DNA of 64,000 nt from an uncultured Bdellovibrionales bacterium (GTDB lineage: Bacteria > Patescibacteriota > Minisyncoccia > Moranbacterales > UBA1568): positions 2,576-66,575 of the forward strand of contig CAZGXN010000007.1 of the NCBI GenBank assembly GCA_964530135.1, written 5' to 3'. The position numbers and the translations under genes were made by a program. How positions within the stretch are numbered: the stretch's first letter is position 1; the number at the start of each line of letters is the position of its first letter. Shown one piece after another: positions 19,569 to 28,091 of this stretch. The notes beneath the pieces were generated by a model. It searched no databases, was not told where the DNA came from, and saw only the letters and a program-made list of their open reading frames with translations.

Positions 19569-19805
19569 TCACTCTTTTTTCGCCTCCACCTTCGTTTGGG
19601 TGTCGCCACCATCGGGTGGTGCAACAATGTTGCCCGCCTTGGTGTAGACGCTGCCTGCGACACCAGCCGCCCCAGCGATAAAGCCGGTGTTTTTGCTGCT
19701 GTAGTCACTGAGTCCTGCCCCGACGGTCTTGGCCAGCTCACCAGCTGCAGCGCAACCCGTGAGGGTAACGATGACAATCAAGGAAGAAAGTAACGGTTGT
19801 CTCAC
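19569..19805 (-). CDS. small glycine-zipper lipoprotein (78 aa)
   Basis: Signal peptide with lipobox LTGC; Gly/Ala-rich IAGAAGVAGSV zipper segment; preferred over overlapping plus-strand track ORF 19536..19793. Confidence 0.55.
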   Translation of the reverse strand: MRQPLLSSLIVIVTLTGCAAAGELAKTVGAGLSDYSSKNTGFIAGAAGVAGSVYTKAGNIVAPPDGGDTQTKVEAKKE

Positions 19806-19847
19806 GATGAAGTCTCCTCTAAAATCCGGACAATTTCCGGTGATTTA

Positions 19848-19876
19848 TTTATAAACCAGAAATCAAACATTGTCAA
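19848..19876 (-). promoter_or_regulatory. sigma70-like promoter for lipoprotein gene (minus strand -35 TTGACA, 17-bp spacer, -10 TATAAA)
   Basis: Plus-strand complements tgtcaa 19871-19876 and tttata 19848-19853. Confidence 0.5.
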
Positions 19877-19929
19877 GAGCTCAAATAAATGGGATAGTAT
19901 TATATGTCCCTCCCTACGACACAGAGTTT

Positions 19930-19971
19930 AGAAAAATCTATAGAGTGGAAACTCGGGTTTTCACTCCACTC
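19930..19971 (-). terminator. putative terminator downstream of HAD hydrolase gene (GAGTGGA-N15-TCCACTC, then T-rich)
   Basis: 7-bp perfect stem immediately after stop at 19980. Confidence 0.5.
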
Positions 19972-19979
19972 GGACGCGA

Positions 19980-20597
19980 TTATAAACGAATCCCTAACTT
20001 TTGTAAATCCACTTTCAATTTAGCATTTCCTTGAAATAAGATTGGGGTATAACCAATCTCCCCTGCTTTTTCCAGGCTCTTTGGGGCGTCATCGATAAAG
20101 ATAACTTCTTCTGGCTGGAGGTTAAGTTTTTGAAAAAGAACATCGAATGCCTCTTTGTGTGGTTTCTGAAAACCAATTTCACCGGAAATCACAACTTCAT
20201 CAACCAGATCGATAATTTTTTCAGCGATCAGCTGTTGTCGCAGACGGGCGGTGTTATTGCTGAAGATAGCTACTCTGTAATTCTGCTGACGGAGAATCGG
20301 GAAAAAACCCACAAGTTCCTGGTTAATCTTTCGACTGGCTATATGATCAAGGATGATCTGTCGTGATTGCGAAATTATATCCTGGGAATCTGTAAGATGA
20401 CTTACGACTACAGCCACGGTCTCCTCCCACGGAAGGCCATCGACATTGCTGAGGTGGTTATGTTTGAAGTACTCCTTGTGAAAGTCATCAACCGATATAC
20501 CAATGATTTCAGCTACCTTTTTAAGGGGGTTGCCATCGGGAGTAATCTCTATTACCCCTCCGAAATCAAATACAACGGCCTTATATTTACTATTCAT
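19980..20597 (-). CDS. HAD-superfamily hydrolase (subfamily IA-like)
   Basis: N-terminal AVVFDFGGVI (DxD-type nucleophile motif variant), C-terminal IFIDDAPK. Confidence 0.8.
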   Translation of the reverse strand: MNSKYKAVVFDFGGVIEITPDGNPLKKVAEIIGISVDDFHKEYFKHNHLSNVDGLPWEETVAVVVSHLTDSQDIISQSRQIILDHIASRKINQELVGFFPILRQQNYRVAIFSNNTARLRQQLIAEKIIDLVDEVVISGEIGFQKPHKEAFDVLFQKLNLQPEEVIFIDDAPKSLEKAGEIGYTPILFQGNAKLKVDLQKLGIRL

Positions 20598-20606
20598 AAA
20601 ATTGTT

Positions 20607-20633
20607 TGCTGTCCCTATGGGACGAAGTTGGAA
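20607..20633. repeat. 27-bp direct repeat copy 1 (TGCTGTCCCTATGGGACGAAGTTGGAA) with internal hairpin GTCCC-TAT-GGGAC
   Basis: Identical to 21333-21359; lies 6 bp 3' of stop of half-MFS gene. Confidence 0.9.
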
Positions 20634-20638
20634 TTATT

Positions 20639-21235
20639 CTATAAAGTTTTTCGAGGCAGAACCCATACATAGAGACCAAGAAGGAAGGAGATCAGGGACA
20701 TGCCGATAAATACAGCAGAATATCCAAACGCCTGAATAAGAGCTCCTCCAACAAGGGCTGCTAGTCCAGTGGCGATATGTGCAACTCCCTCCCAGCTCCC
20801 CCACTGGCTAAGTGAATTCCCTTTTGTTGTGTGGTTCTGGTATGTTGCATCGAATGCGGGGGTTCCGATTGCTACAGCTACTCCCCAGAAGATTTGAGTA
20901 AAGATAAGTTGTGGCAAACTGGTCATAAAGGCGTAGCTGAGAAAGACAAATCCGCGAATGATATATCCGAGCGCGAGGAGAAGTTCTTGCTCCTTTACCC
21001 TTAGTCCCCATTTTGAAAAAAGAAGGATGAGCACGCCAGCAACGACCGAGAACATGGCCCAAGAGAAGCCGGCAAACGCTATGTCCCCGCCAATTTTTTC
21101 AACGAATACGGCATAAAAGGGGGCGAACATTCCCATCACGAAAATCATCCCCGTGTTTACTGTAATGAGTATGCGCAGACCTCGATTAAGATGACTCTTT
21201 GGTAAAATTATCTGAAGAAAATTTCGGAATGACAT
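20639..21235 (-). CDS. MFS-type transporter, C-terminal 6-TM half only (possible truncated gene or half-transporter)
   Basis: 198 aa, six hydrophobic helices, begins in what resembles an MFS central loop; bracketed by the 27-bp direct repeat. Confidence 0.55.
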   Translation of the reverse strand: MSFRNFLQIILPKSHLNRGLRILITVNTGMIFVMGMFAPFYAVFVEKIGGDIAFAGFSWAMFSVVAGVLILLFSKWGLRVKEQELLLALGYIIRGFVFLSYAFMTSLPQLIFTQIFWGVAVAIGTPAFDATYQNHTTKGNSLSQWGSWEGVAHIATGLAALVGGALIQAFGYSAVFIGMSLISFLLGLYVWVLPRKTL

Positions 21236-21332
21236 GGATTGGTAAGTCCTGTGTTAATTTACACTATGAATAACTTATAATTCCATCCTAACACAAAAAA
21301 AAAACCACACGAAACGGGTGATTTTTCGGAAA

Positions 21333-21359
21333 TGCTGTCCCTATGGGACGAAGTTGGAA
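21333..21359. repeat. 27-bp direct repeat copy 2 (TGCTGTCCCTATGGGACGAAGTTGGAA)
   Basis: Identical to 20607-20633; lies 2 bp 3' of stop of the 367-aa gene and just upstream of a hairpin plus T9 tract. Confidence 0.9.
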
Positions 21360-21360
21360 C

Positions 21361-22461
21361 CTATTTGACAGTACCATAAAGTTCTAAGGAACCATCAAAT
21401 CCCCCTAAGAGGTAGATATTTCCATCCTTGATTATCCAGACACTACTCGCCCCCCGCACATAGTATTCATCGGGGCTGTAGTCTATGTCCATCGGTCGTC
21501 TATAAATCTTAAAGTCTAAGTGATCTCCGGGTTTATTTCGGTTAAAGTTGTTACAGAAATCTTGATTGCTTTGTTGATTAGAAAATTCAGCAATTTTCTG
21601 GATTATGTCTGTAGTGCCGGCGTAAAGTTTATTTACCTGGTACTCTGTATCGCAGAAAGATAGTTTTCGGAAAGAAGAGCGATTTACTGATGGCAAAGCA
21701 GCAGAAGGATTGGTATCAAAGCGAATCTCCTGTAAAAAGGTTTCGATAAATTCTGCGCCCAACTTGTCCGGGTCATTAAATTGAATTTCAATAATCTCAC
21801 TACCAATACCGATTAGATAGCTTAAAGTACTACCTGTTTCTCTTGATCTCGAATAAGTATAAGCAAAGGCTTTTTTATTAATACCACGCAGCATTTTTTC
21901 TGGAAGAACAGATGCATTCTCTGGAATAGTGTTTATTAAATTCTCAAGCTTTTCTTTAGGTGTAAGAATAACTTTATCATCCAAGGAACAAGACTCGGTG
22001 AGATTTGAGCAGCCTCGAAGTCCATGAGTTAGTATAGATACAAAAGGACTTCCTGGAATCTGCTTCCCCTCAGAATCTAATGGGGTAATATTGTTTGCTG
22101 AGGCATGATCCATATCAGAACAACAGTCGAATCTCCAGTTAGAAGGATAGGAAAATTTGATTGAAGGGAATGATCGAAGCTCACCCCGAGCGAATAGCTC
22201 AGGTCTATTCCAGTAGTTAGCCTTTGTAATCTCCAGCCAATCCATGCCTACTGAAAAGGACTGGGATTGTTTTGTTTGTTCAGCTTGAGAGCTTTTAGCC
22301 TTATACAGTTGCTCTTTTAGAGCCTGCTGAGATTGATGCTCTCTTACCAAATCTGCCACCCTAGTCCTTTCTTCGAGTCGTTGTGAATACAAAAAAACAA
22401 CGCCCAAAAAAAGAGTAAGACTTAAGGCTGTGAATATAATTATCTTTTGGTTCACAATCAT
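21361..22461 (-). CDS. hypothetical membrane-anchored extracytoplasmic protein (367 aa), AT-rich gene
   Basis: N-terminal TM IIIFTALSLTLFLGVVFLY then coiled region and Cys-containing C-terminal domain; start set to MIVNQK (22461) because longer track ORF would run through tRNA-Gln. Confidence 0.55.
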   Translation of the reverse strand: MIVNQKIIIFTALSLTLFLGVVFLYSQRLEERTRVADLVREHQSQQALKEQLYKAKSSQAEQTKQSQSFSVGMDWLEITKANYWNRPELFARGELRSFPSIKFSYPSNWRFDCCSDMDHASANNITPLDSEGKQIPGSPFVSILTHGLRGCSNLTESCSLDDKVILTPKEKLENLINTIPENASVLPEKMLRGINKKAFAYTYSRSRETGSTLSYLIGIGSEIIEIQFNDPDKLGAEFIETFLQEIRFDTNPSAALPSVNRSSFRKLSFCDTEYQVNKLYAGTTDIIQKIAEFSNQQSNQDFCNNFNRNKPGDHLDFKIYRRPMDIDYSPDEYYVRGASSVWIIKDGNIYLLGGFDGSLELYGTVK

Positions 22462-22519
22462 CTTTTCTCTTATTCTAACATTAAAAAACACCCAATCTGG
22501 GTGTTTTTTAAAACTGCAG

Positions 22520-22591
22520 CTGGGGAGGAAGGGATCGAACCTTCGCATGGTGGGACCAGAACCCACTGCCTTACCGCTTGGCTACTCCCCA
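22520..22591 (-). tRNA. tRNA-Gln (anticodon CUG)
   Basis: Cloverleaf read by eye: U1-A72 acceptor UGGGGAG/CUCCCCA, D-arm AGCCAAGCGGUAAGGCA, anticodon stem GUGGG/CCCAC with loop UUCUGGU, T-arm GAAGG-UUCGAUC-CCUUC; close to E. coli tRNA-Gln; CCA not encoded. Confidence 0.85.
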
Positions 22592-22664
22592 AAATAACAC
22601 AAAACCTGAATCACACCGCATGAATCAAGCAAAGATATACTAGCCGAAAACTGCATTTCAATCA

Positions 22665-22710
22665 AGAAAAAAACCGGTCGCAGCATCCGAGGGATGGGTG
22701 GCCGGTTTTG
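22665..22710. terminator. bidirectional terminator (AAAACCGG-N24-CCGGTTTT) downstream of HD-domain gene
   Basis: 8-bp stem including A/T runs; T-tract on minus strand after hairpin. Confidence 0.6.
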
Positions 22711-22731
22711 AAACTGTCAGGATTGCGGGGT

Positions 22732-23394
22732 TCACAGAGACCCCTTCTTGATGGGTGGTAAGAGACATTGTCTGGCTTCAAGCGCATCAGCGGCTGCCGC
22801 GAGTTCATGCCCGAGAACACCACCGTGCTTGTGCGCCATAGGGATATAGTGTTCCCGAATATCGCCACATTTTTTTAGGATCCAGTTGGCATCATCCAGA
22901 CGCCAAGGTGTGAGGCAGTTGTGTAGCTGGTCGGCGAGCTTGATACGAACTGGTCGGAGTGGGGCAACCATAAGGAGGTTGTTGAAAAAAGCCAGGTCGC
23001 GTGCCCGACGGTCTTCAATATAGTCAAAGCGGCGGCGATTGCACCAATCGACATTTTCAGCAACCTCGCGCGAAAGCCGTTCGTGAATTCGGGTAATCGG
23101 CCACTCTTCGGGGTGGTCCTCGGGGGTATCGTGATTCAGTGCCGCTGCAATTTCACCCGGGTCAGTGATACCCAGATATTCCAAGAGAATGACAGCTGTC
23201 ATCTTTGGGTGTTCGATGTAGTCCTCACCGGTCTCGCGAAGTTGTCCGAGATGCGCGCTATTGGCGATTTCATAGGCTTCTTCGATGAGCCGCATTCCAG
23301 GGCTTGCATAAGCGAAGTTTGCTCGCACAATAGTGAAAAAACGTTTGGGATCTGCCTGGTGTTGTCGAAGGATCTTGAGAAGCTTTTCGAGCAT
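22732..23394 (-). CDS. HD-domain (p)ppGpp hydrolase-like protein (SpoT/RelA N-terminal hydrolase domain; small alarmone hydrolase-like)
   Basis: HLGQLRETGEDYIEHPKMTAVILLEYLG...AAALNHDTPED matches RelA/SpoT HD hydrolase signature; start moved to MLEKLL (23394). Confidence 0.75.
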   Translation of the reverse strand: MLEKLLKILRQHQADPKRFFTIVRANFAYASPGMRLIEEAYEIANSAHLGQLRETGEDYIEHPKMTAVILLEYLGITDPGEIAAALNHDTPEDHPEEWPITRIHERLSREVAENVDWCNRRRFDYIEDRRARDLAFFNNLLMVAPLRPVRIKLADQLHNCLTPWRLDDANWILKKCGDIREHYIPMAHKHGGVLGHELAAAADALEARQCLLPPIKKGSL

Positions 23395-23523
23395 GATACA
23401 GACTCCTCTGAGAGTTTTGAAGTGGGTAAATTGGGAAATAACAGGACAATATAGGGTACCAAAAAACACCCAGTATGGCAAGACACCAGAAGATTTTTGA
23501 CTAGTCTTGTGTTCGAAGGTTGG

Positions 23524-24438
23524 CTAAGCTTTCAGATATCGACGGATAGCGATGAAGCTAGAAATCACACCCAAGAAGATGCCGAGGCACAGAGTTGTTA
23601 CGGCGAGCATAGGTAAATAGGCAAGAAAGACTTGGAACATATCTCCTTGGGGAAAGGCATTTTGTGTATAGCTTTTGAGGCTATAGGCGGCCAGTGCGAC
23701 GAGGGCGAGGGCCGTTGCGCTGGCAAAGAGTCCGTAGAGTATACCCTCAAAAACATAGGGCATACGGACATAGAGGTTGGAGGCACCAACGAGGCGCATA
23801 ATCTCGAATTCTTGGCGGTGGGAGTAGATAGTGATACGAATCGTATTGAAAGTAATCAGAATGGCAATCAGTCCAAAGGCTGCTCCGAGAGTGAATCCGA
23901 ATTTTCTGGCCGCTTGGCCAATATAGTTCAGTCGTTCAAAAATTCGGCGATTTTTCTCAAAATTGATCCGGTTAATATCTGTCTGATAGGGTGAGCTCGC
24001 GAGGAATGTAGCAATCTTTTCATAGTCGGATTGCTTTTTTGCGCGGATAACAAGCGAGGCGAGTAATGGGTTTTCACCGATTTCATCGATGGCTTGACGA
24101 ATGATAGAGTCATTGCCATTGGTGGCGAGAAAGTCAGCGAGGGCTTTTTCACGCGAAACATATTCGATCGAAGCAATTTCACGCGCTCGTTCCAAGTATT
24201 GTTTTGTTTCGAGTATCCGGTTTTCAGTAACATCAGGATTGAAAGATACAGTGATGCTGATCCGGTTTTCCAGATTATTCACGATGAGTTGGGTTCCAAG
24301 CGTGATGAGTGCAGCTAGACTGATGATAAAGAGTGAAAGCGAAAGAATCGTGATCGTCGCGAAAGAAAGCCAGCCATTCCGCCGGAAATTTTTCATCCCC
24401 TCTTTGAAAGTGCGCCAGAGTTTGAGTGTGCGTTGCAT
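23524..24438 (-). CDS. ftsX: cell division ABC transporter permease FtsX
   Basis: N-terminal FKEGMKNFRRNGWLSFATITIL, 4-TM FtsX topology, directly downstream of ftsE. Confidence 0.88.
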   Translation of the reverse strand: MQRTLKLWRTFKEGMKNFRRNGWLSFATITILSLSLFIISLAALITLGTQLIVNNLENRISITVSFNPDVTENRILETKQYLERAREIASIEYVSREKALADFLATNGNDSIIRQAIDEIGENPLLASLVIRAKKQSDYEKIATFLASSPYQTDINRINFEKNRRIFERLNYIGQAARKFGFTLGAAFGLIAILITFNTIRITIYSHRQEFEIMRLVGASNLYVRMPYVFEGILYGLFASATALALVALAAYSLKSYTQNAFPQGDMFQVFLAYLPMLAVTTLCLGIFLGVISSFIAIRRYLKA

Positions 24439-24440
24439 AT

Positions 24441-25154
24441 CTAGAGTTTGATATTGTATTTGCCGCGGGCTTCGTCATGGACAAGGCGCCCATCGACGAG
24501 CGAAATGACGCGTTTATTCAACTGATCAACAACTTCTTTTTTGTGTGTTGCGACGATTATTGTCGTGCCATACGCATTGATCTCGAGGAGGAGGTCAGTG
24601 ATTTCACGGGTAGAAACAGGATCGAGATTGCCAGTCGGTTCATCAGCACAGATGATCTGCGGATGATGGATGAGAGCCCGGGCGATTGCAACACGCTGTT
24701 GTTCCCCACCCGAGAGCTCGCGAGGAAATTTCTGGCCCTTATTTCCGAGACCAACAATTTCGAGGAGTTCGCTCACCTCTTCACGAATCTCTTTTGCGTT
24801 CCGACCATCAACCTCAAGTGCGTAAGCGATATTTTCAAAAGCTGTCTTTTGGGGCAGAAGTTTGTAGTCCTGAAATACTGTACCGATATTGCGCCGAAAA
24901 AAAGGCAAGTGTTTTCGATTGATATCTCGGATGGGTCGCCCGCGATAGTAGACCGTACCTTGGGTGGGGACTTCCTCGGCGTAAATGAGCTTCATCAGAG
25001 TTGACTTGCCCGCGCCACTCGAACCAACAAGAGAAATAAATTCCCCAGGAAACACGGTAAAAGAAACATCCCGAAGGGCGTTCACACCGTCCGGATAGTC
25101 CTTGGTTACATTCTCAAAAACAATAATCGGCTGGACCTCAGTCTTTGTTGGCAT
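24441..25154 (-). CDS. ftsE: cell division ATP-binding protein FtsE
   Basis: Walker A GSSGAGKST, ABC signature LSGGEQQRVAIARAL, Walker B IICADEPTGNLD; start at MPTKTEV (25154). Confidence 0.9.
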   Translation of the reverse strand: MPTKTEVQPIIVFENVTKDYPDGVNALRDVSFTVFPGEFISLVGSSGAGKSTLMKLIYAEEVPTQGTVYYRGRPIRDINRKHLPFFRRNIGTVFQDYKLLPQKTAFENIAYALEVDGRNAKEIREEVSELLEIVGLGNKGQKFPRELSGGEQQRVAIARALIHHPQIICADEPTGNLDPVSTREITDLLLEINAYGTTIIVATHKKEVVDQLNKRVISLVDGRLVHDEARGKYNIKL

Positions 25155-25158
25155 GGTC

Positions 25159-26266
25159 TTATTTTTTCTGTCTTTGTCTATATTGTAGCTCACTTTCGAT
25201 GAAGCTGTCCAAATCACCATCCAGTACAGCTTGCGCATTGCTGGTTTCGATATCAGTTCGATGATCTTTCACAAGGGTATAGGGATGGAGGATATATGAG
25301 CGGATCTGGTTGCCAAAACCAGCAGACTTGAATTCTCCTCGAATTGCCGCTTTTCGCTCATCTTCAGCCAAGAGGCGTTGCTGTAAAAGTTTTGATTTCA
25401 AGAGTTTCATCGCTTGTTCGCGATTCTGAAGCTGTGAGCGTTCACTTTGGCAAGAAACGACGATACCACTCGGAAGATGTGTCAATCGGACTGCTGATTC
25501 AGTTTTATTCACATGCTGCCCCCCTGCTCCCGAGGCCCGAAAGGTATCAATTTGGAGTTCATCGGGACCAATTTCAATCGAGCGGTCAGTATCCGGTAAA
25601 ACAGGCATCACTTCAACAGAGGCAAATGATGTCTGGCGGAGATTGTTGGCATTGAAGGGTGAGAGGCGGACGAGACGGTGGACACCCATCTCGCCACGGA
25701 GATATCCATAGGCATAGCGCCCACGGATCTCAACAGTTACGCTCTTCAGACCAGTTTCATTCCCACGGTTCTCGTCCAGGACTGTCGCGCGAAAACGATG
25801 GCGTTCTGCATAACGCAGGTACATCCGGAGCAGCATCTCGGTCCAATCCTGGGCTTCGGTGCCACCAGCGCCACTCCGGAGAGTCAGGATTGCATCAGCC
25901 GGATCATACTCATCCCCGAGCAAGAGCTGAAACTCCCAGGTCCTGAGACGCTCCCCGATTGATTGGATATCGCGTTCGAGTGCAGTGATGTCCGCTGCTT
26001 CGAGAGAGTCAATCTTGATGAGCTCACAAGCGTCACTGAGCGACTGGGTGAGTGCTTCAAAATCAGTCATCTCCTGTTTGAGGGCATCGAGTGACTGCAT
26101 GGTGGCCGCGGCTTTTTCAGGTTTGTCCCAAAAGTTCGACTGCTCACTTTCTGTTTGGAGCCGAGAGATAGTAGTACGCTGTGCGTTCCAGTCAAAGACA
26201 GTCCCGCAGGCGGGCATGTTGAGTTTCAAGCAGAGCGATTTGGCGTTTCAATTCTTCTCGAGACAT
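25159..26266 (-). CDS. prfB: peptide chain release factor 2 with programmed +1 ribosomal frameshift (frame 0: 26266..26195, then +1 at CTT-TGA-C, frame +1: 26193..25159)
   Basis: SPF motif (RLSPFNANN) and GGQ motif (SGAGGQHVNKTES); upstream frame reads MSREELKRQIALLETQHARLRDCL then CTT TGA C, the canonical RF2 autoregulatory shift site, and continues in +1 frame as DWNAQRTTISRLQ. Confidence 0.9.
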
Positions 26267-26388
26267 ATATATTTTCTGAACTCATCTACACCCAGTATAG
26301 CAGCTTGATTCTTCTTGGGGATTTGCTAGGATAGAGGGCGTCGTCAGAGTGTGGATTCTGAGGGCGTGTGAACCGAAGGTGATTCAAA

Positions 26389-26464
26389 GCCGATGTAGCT
26401 CAGTTGGTAGAGCGACGCACTCGTAACGCGTAGGTCACCAGTTCAATCCTGGTCATCGGCTCCA
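26389..26464 (+). tRNA. tRNA-Thr (anticodon CGU), CCA encoded
   Basis: GCCGAUG acceptor pairs CAUCGGC; D-arm GCUC-AGUUGGUA-GAGC; anticodon loop CUCGUAA; T-arm ACCAG-UUCAAUC-CUGGU; 3' UCCA. Confidence 0.9.
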
Positions 26465-26583
26465 GAAATGCTCTTGGGATAGGTTCAGAAATTTTTACAA
26501 TCCCCTATTTTGCAACAAACAGTCTTCGTAAAAAGTACGATGAGGTTTTGAATATATCAATCCCCCACAATAAGTTATTTTAA

Positions 26584-27642
26584 CTACTTTGTTTCTGCCT
26601 GTGCAGCAAGAGTGGCCTCAATGATGGCTTTCAGGTCAGTATACGGTGCTGCCCCTGATACGAATTCCCGATTGACGAATGTGGCTGGAGCAGATTCGAT
26701 AAAAAAATCAGTCGCTCGTTTTATGTCCGCCACAACTTTTTCGTGAGATTGTTTTTCATCAATACATCGCGCAAAAGCTTTTCCGTCTAATCCTCGCACA
26801 CGCCAGGCATATTCTTTGAAGCGGCGTTCTGCTCCGATGCGGCCCCATTCACTCTGTCGTTCAAAGAGGATATCAGCATAGGGCATGAACCGGTCTTGTG
26901 CCGCGGCACATTGGGCAGCCTCGGCGGCAAGTCCTGCTTCGCGATGAGTAGGGAGTGGGAGATGCTTCCAAACGAGCCGGAGACGATCACCATACTCAGT
27001 CAAGAGGCGTTTGTAGGTAGCATGGTATTCTTTGCAGTATTGGCATTGAAAGTCTGAAAAAACGAGGAGTGTTACGGGTGCTTCCCGTGGTCCAAAAACG
27101 ATATCAGCGGCATCCGTTTCGGGTGCCGTGAGATAACGTCCGATCGGCATTCCCACTTTATTTATATCAAAGATAAATCCATTATTGAGTTCACGGAAGA
27201 GCGGTTGTGCTTGAGCATAGAACTCGGTCTCTTTTACAGTAGGGCTGAAAATAAAGGCTGGGACGGTAACGAGATGAAAAGTATCCACCAAGCGTGCTCC
27301 GGCTTCAGTCGAGATATCGATTCGCTCGGCTTCGATGGTTGGGACGATACGTCGCAGCCAGAGTAACGCCTCACTTGGATCACAATCAGTACACTGTGCA
27401 TCATTTACGATCTGAAGCGATACTTTTGGATCGGTATAGGCGACCCAGGTCTTTCCGCCCGTAACAAAGATATCATGAGTGCGGATAGCCATACTGGAAA
27501 AACCACTGCCGGTGATGAGCTGTCCGATATCGACAAAAAGACTTCCAACGAAAAGGCCGAGCAGAATAATAATCGTGGCCAGGAGATTTTTCCGTTCTCC
27601 TGAAAAACGCTGCCACCCCTGTTTGATACTTTCCATGTTCAT
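26584..27642 (-). CDS. membrane-anchored thioredoxin-fold DsbA-family thiol:disulfide oxidoreductase with extra N-terminal domain
   Basis: C-terminal thioredoxin-like domain with FSDFQCQYCKEY (CxxC); N-terminal TM; second CxxC (CTDCDP) in N-terminal domain. Confidence 0.7.
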   Translation of the reverse strand: MNMESIKQGWQRFSGERKNLLATIIILLGLFVGSLFVDIGQLITGSGFSSMAIRTHDIFVTGGKTWVAYTDPKVSLQIVNDAQCTDCDPSEALLWLRRIVPTIEAERIDISTEAGARLVDTFHLVTVPAFIFSPTVKETEFYAQAQPLFRELNNGFIFDINKVGMPIGRYLTAPETDAADIVFGPREAPVTLLVFSDFQCQYCKEYHATYKRLLTEYGDRLRLVWKHLPLPTHREAGLAAEAAQCAAAQDRFMPYADILFERQSEWGRIGAERRFKEYAWRVRGLDGKAFARCIDEKQSHEKVVADIKRATDFFIESAPATFVNREFVSGAAPYTDLKAIIEATLAAQAETK

Positions 27643-27664
27643 AGGCTGGATTGTTAATGCTGAA

Positions 27665-28045
27665 TTATTCTTCTTCAAATCGTGTGAGACAAGCAGGATA
27701 TGTTTTTTTCTCATTCAGAGGAATTTTGACTCCCCGATCAAGCGCTTGATTCCGGAGTAGGTTAAGTGCATACAGCTGATCCGGTGGGATGAGTCGATAG
27801 TCTTCATGACCGATGGTTATCCGTGTTTCAGCGGCTGATTTTACACCTATACCGATCACTATTCCGAGCAGAAAGAGAAGCATTCCTCTGAGAACACGTT
27901 GATGTTGTGATGGTAGTGGGCGAAGGGATACTCGTATCCAGCGGAGGAGTGAAGATGGATGGAGGGATGTATCCGGACTGATAGGTCGCCAAGAGGCGAT
28001 TTTCTCTCTAAGCCAGGCCGCGAGTTTCTGGGGGTTTTTTTCCAT
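27665..28045 (-). CDS. hypothetical bitopic membrane protein (126 aa)
   Basis: Track ORF 27665..28336 trimmed to MEKNPQK start (28045) because its upstream part overlaps the end of the next gene out of frame; single TM MLLFLLGIVIGIGV. Confidence 0.45.
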   Translation of the reverse strand: MEKNPQKLAAWLREKIASWRPISPDTSLHPSSLLRWIRVSLRPLPSQHQRVLRGMLLFLLGIVIGIGVKSAAETRITIGHEDYRLIPPDQLYALNLLRNQALDRGVKIPLNEKKTYPACLTRFEEE

Positions 28046-28091
28046 AGCTGGCCAGACTAGCATACCAACACCTGAGATGACAAGGTCTGTA

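Noticed and set aside
19536-19793. Plus-strand 85-aa ORF overlapping the lipoprotein gene
   Set aside because: The minus-strand reading gives a signal peptide, lipobox and Gly-zipper with matching promoter and terminator. The plus-strand product has no features.
22462-22566. 5' extension of the 367-aa ORF (MGSGPTMRRF...) in the track
   Set aside because: The extension runs through the tRNA-Gln gene on the same strand; the internal start MIVNQK at 22461 is used instead.
26194-26229. Track start of prfB ORF (MKLNMPACG...)
   Set aside because: The N-terminus is not RF2-like. The true start is in the other frame, joined through the CTT-TGA-C +1 frameshift site.
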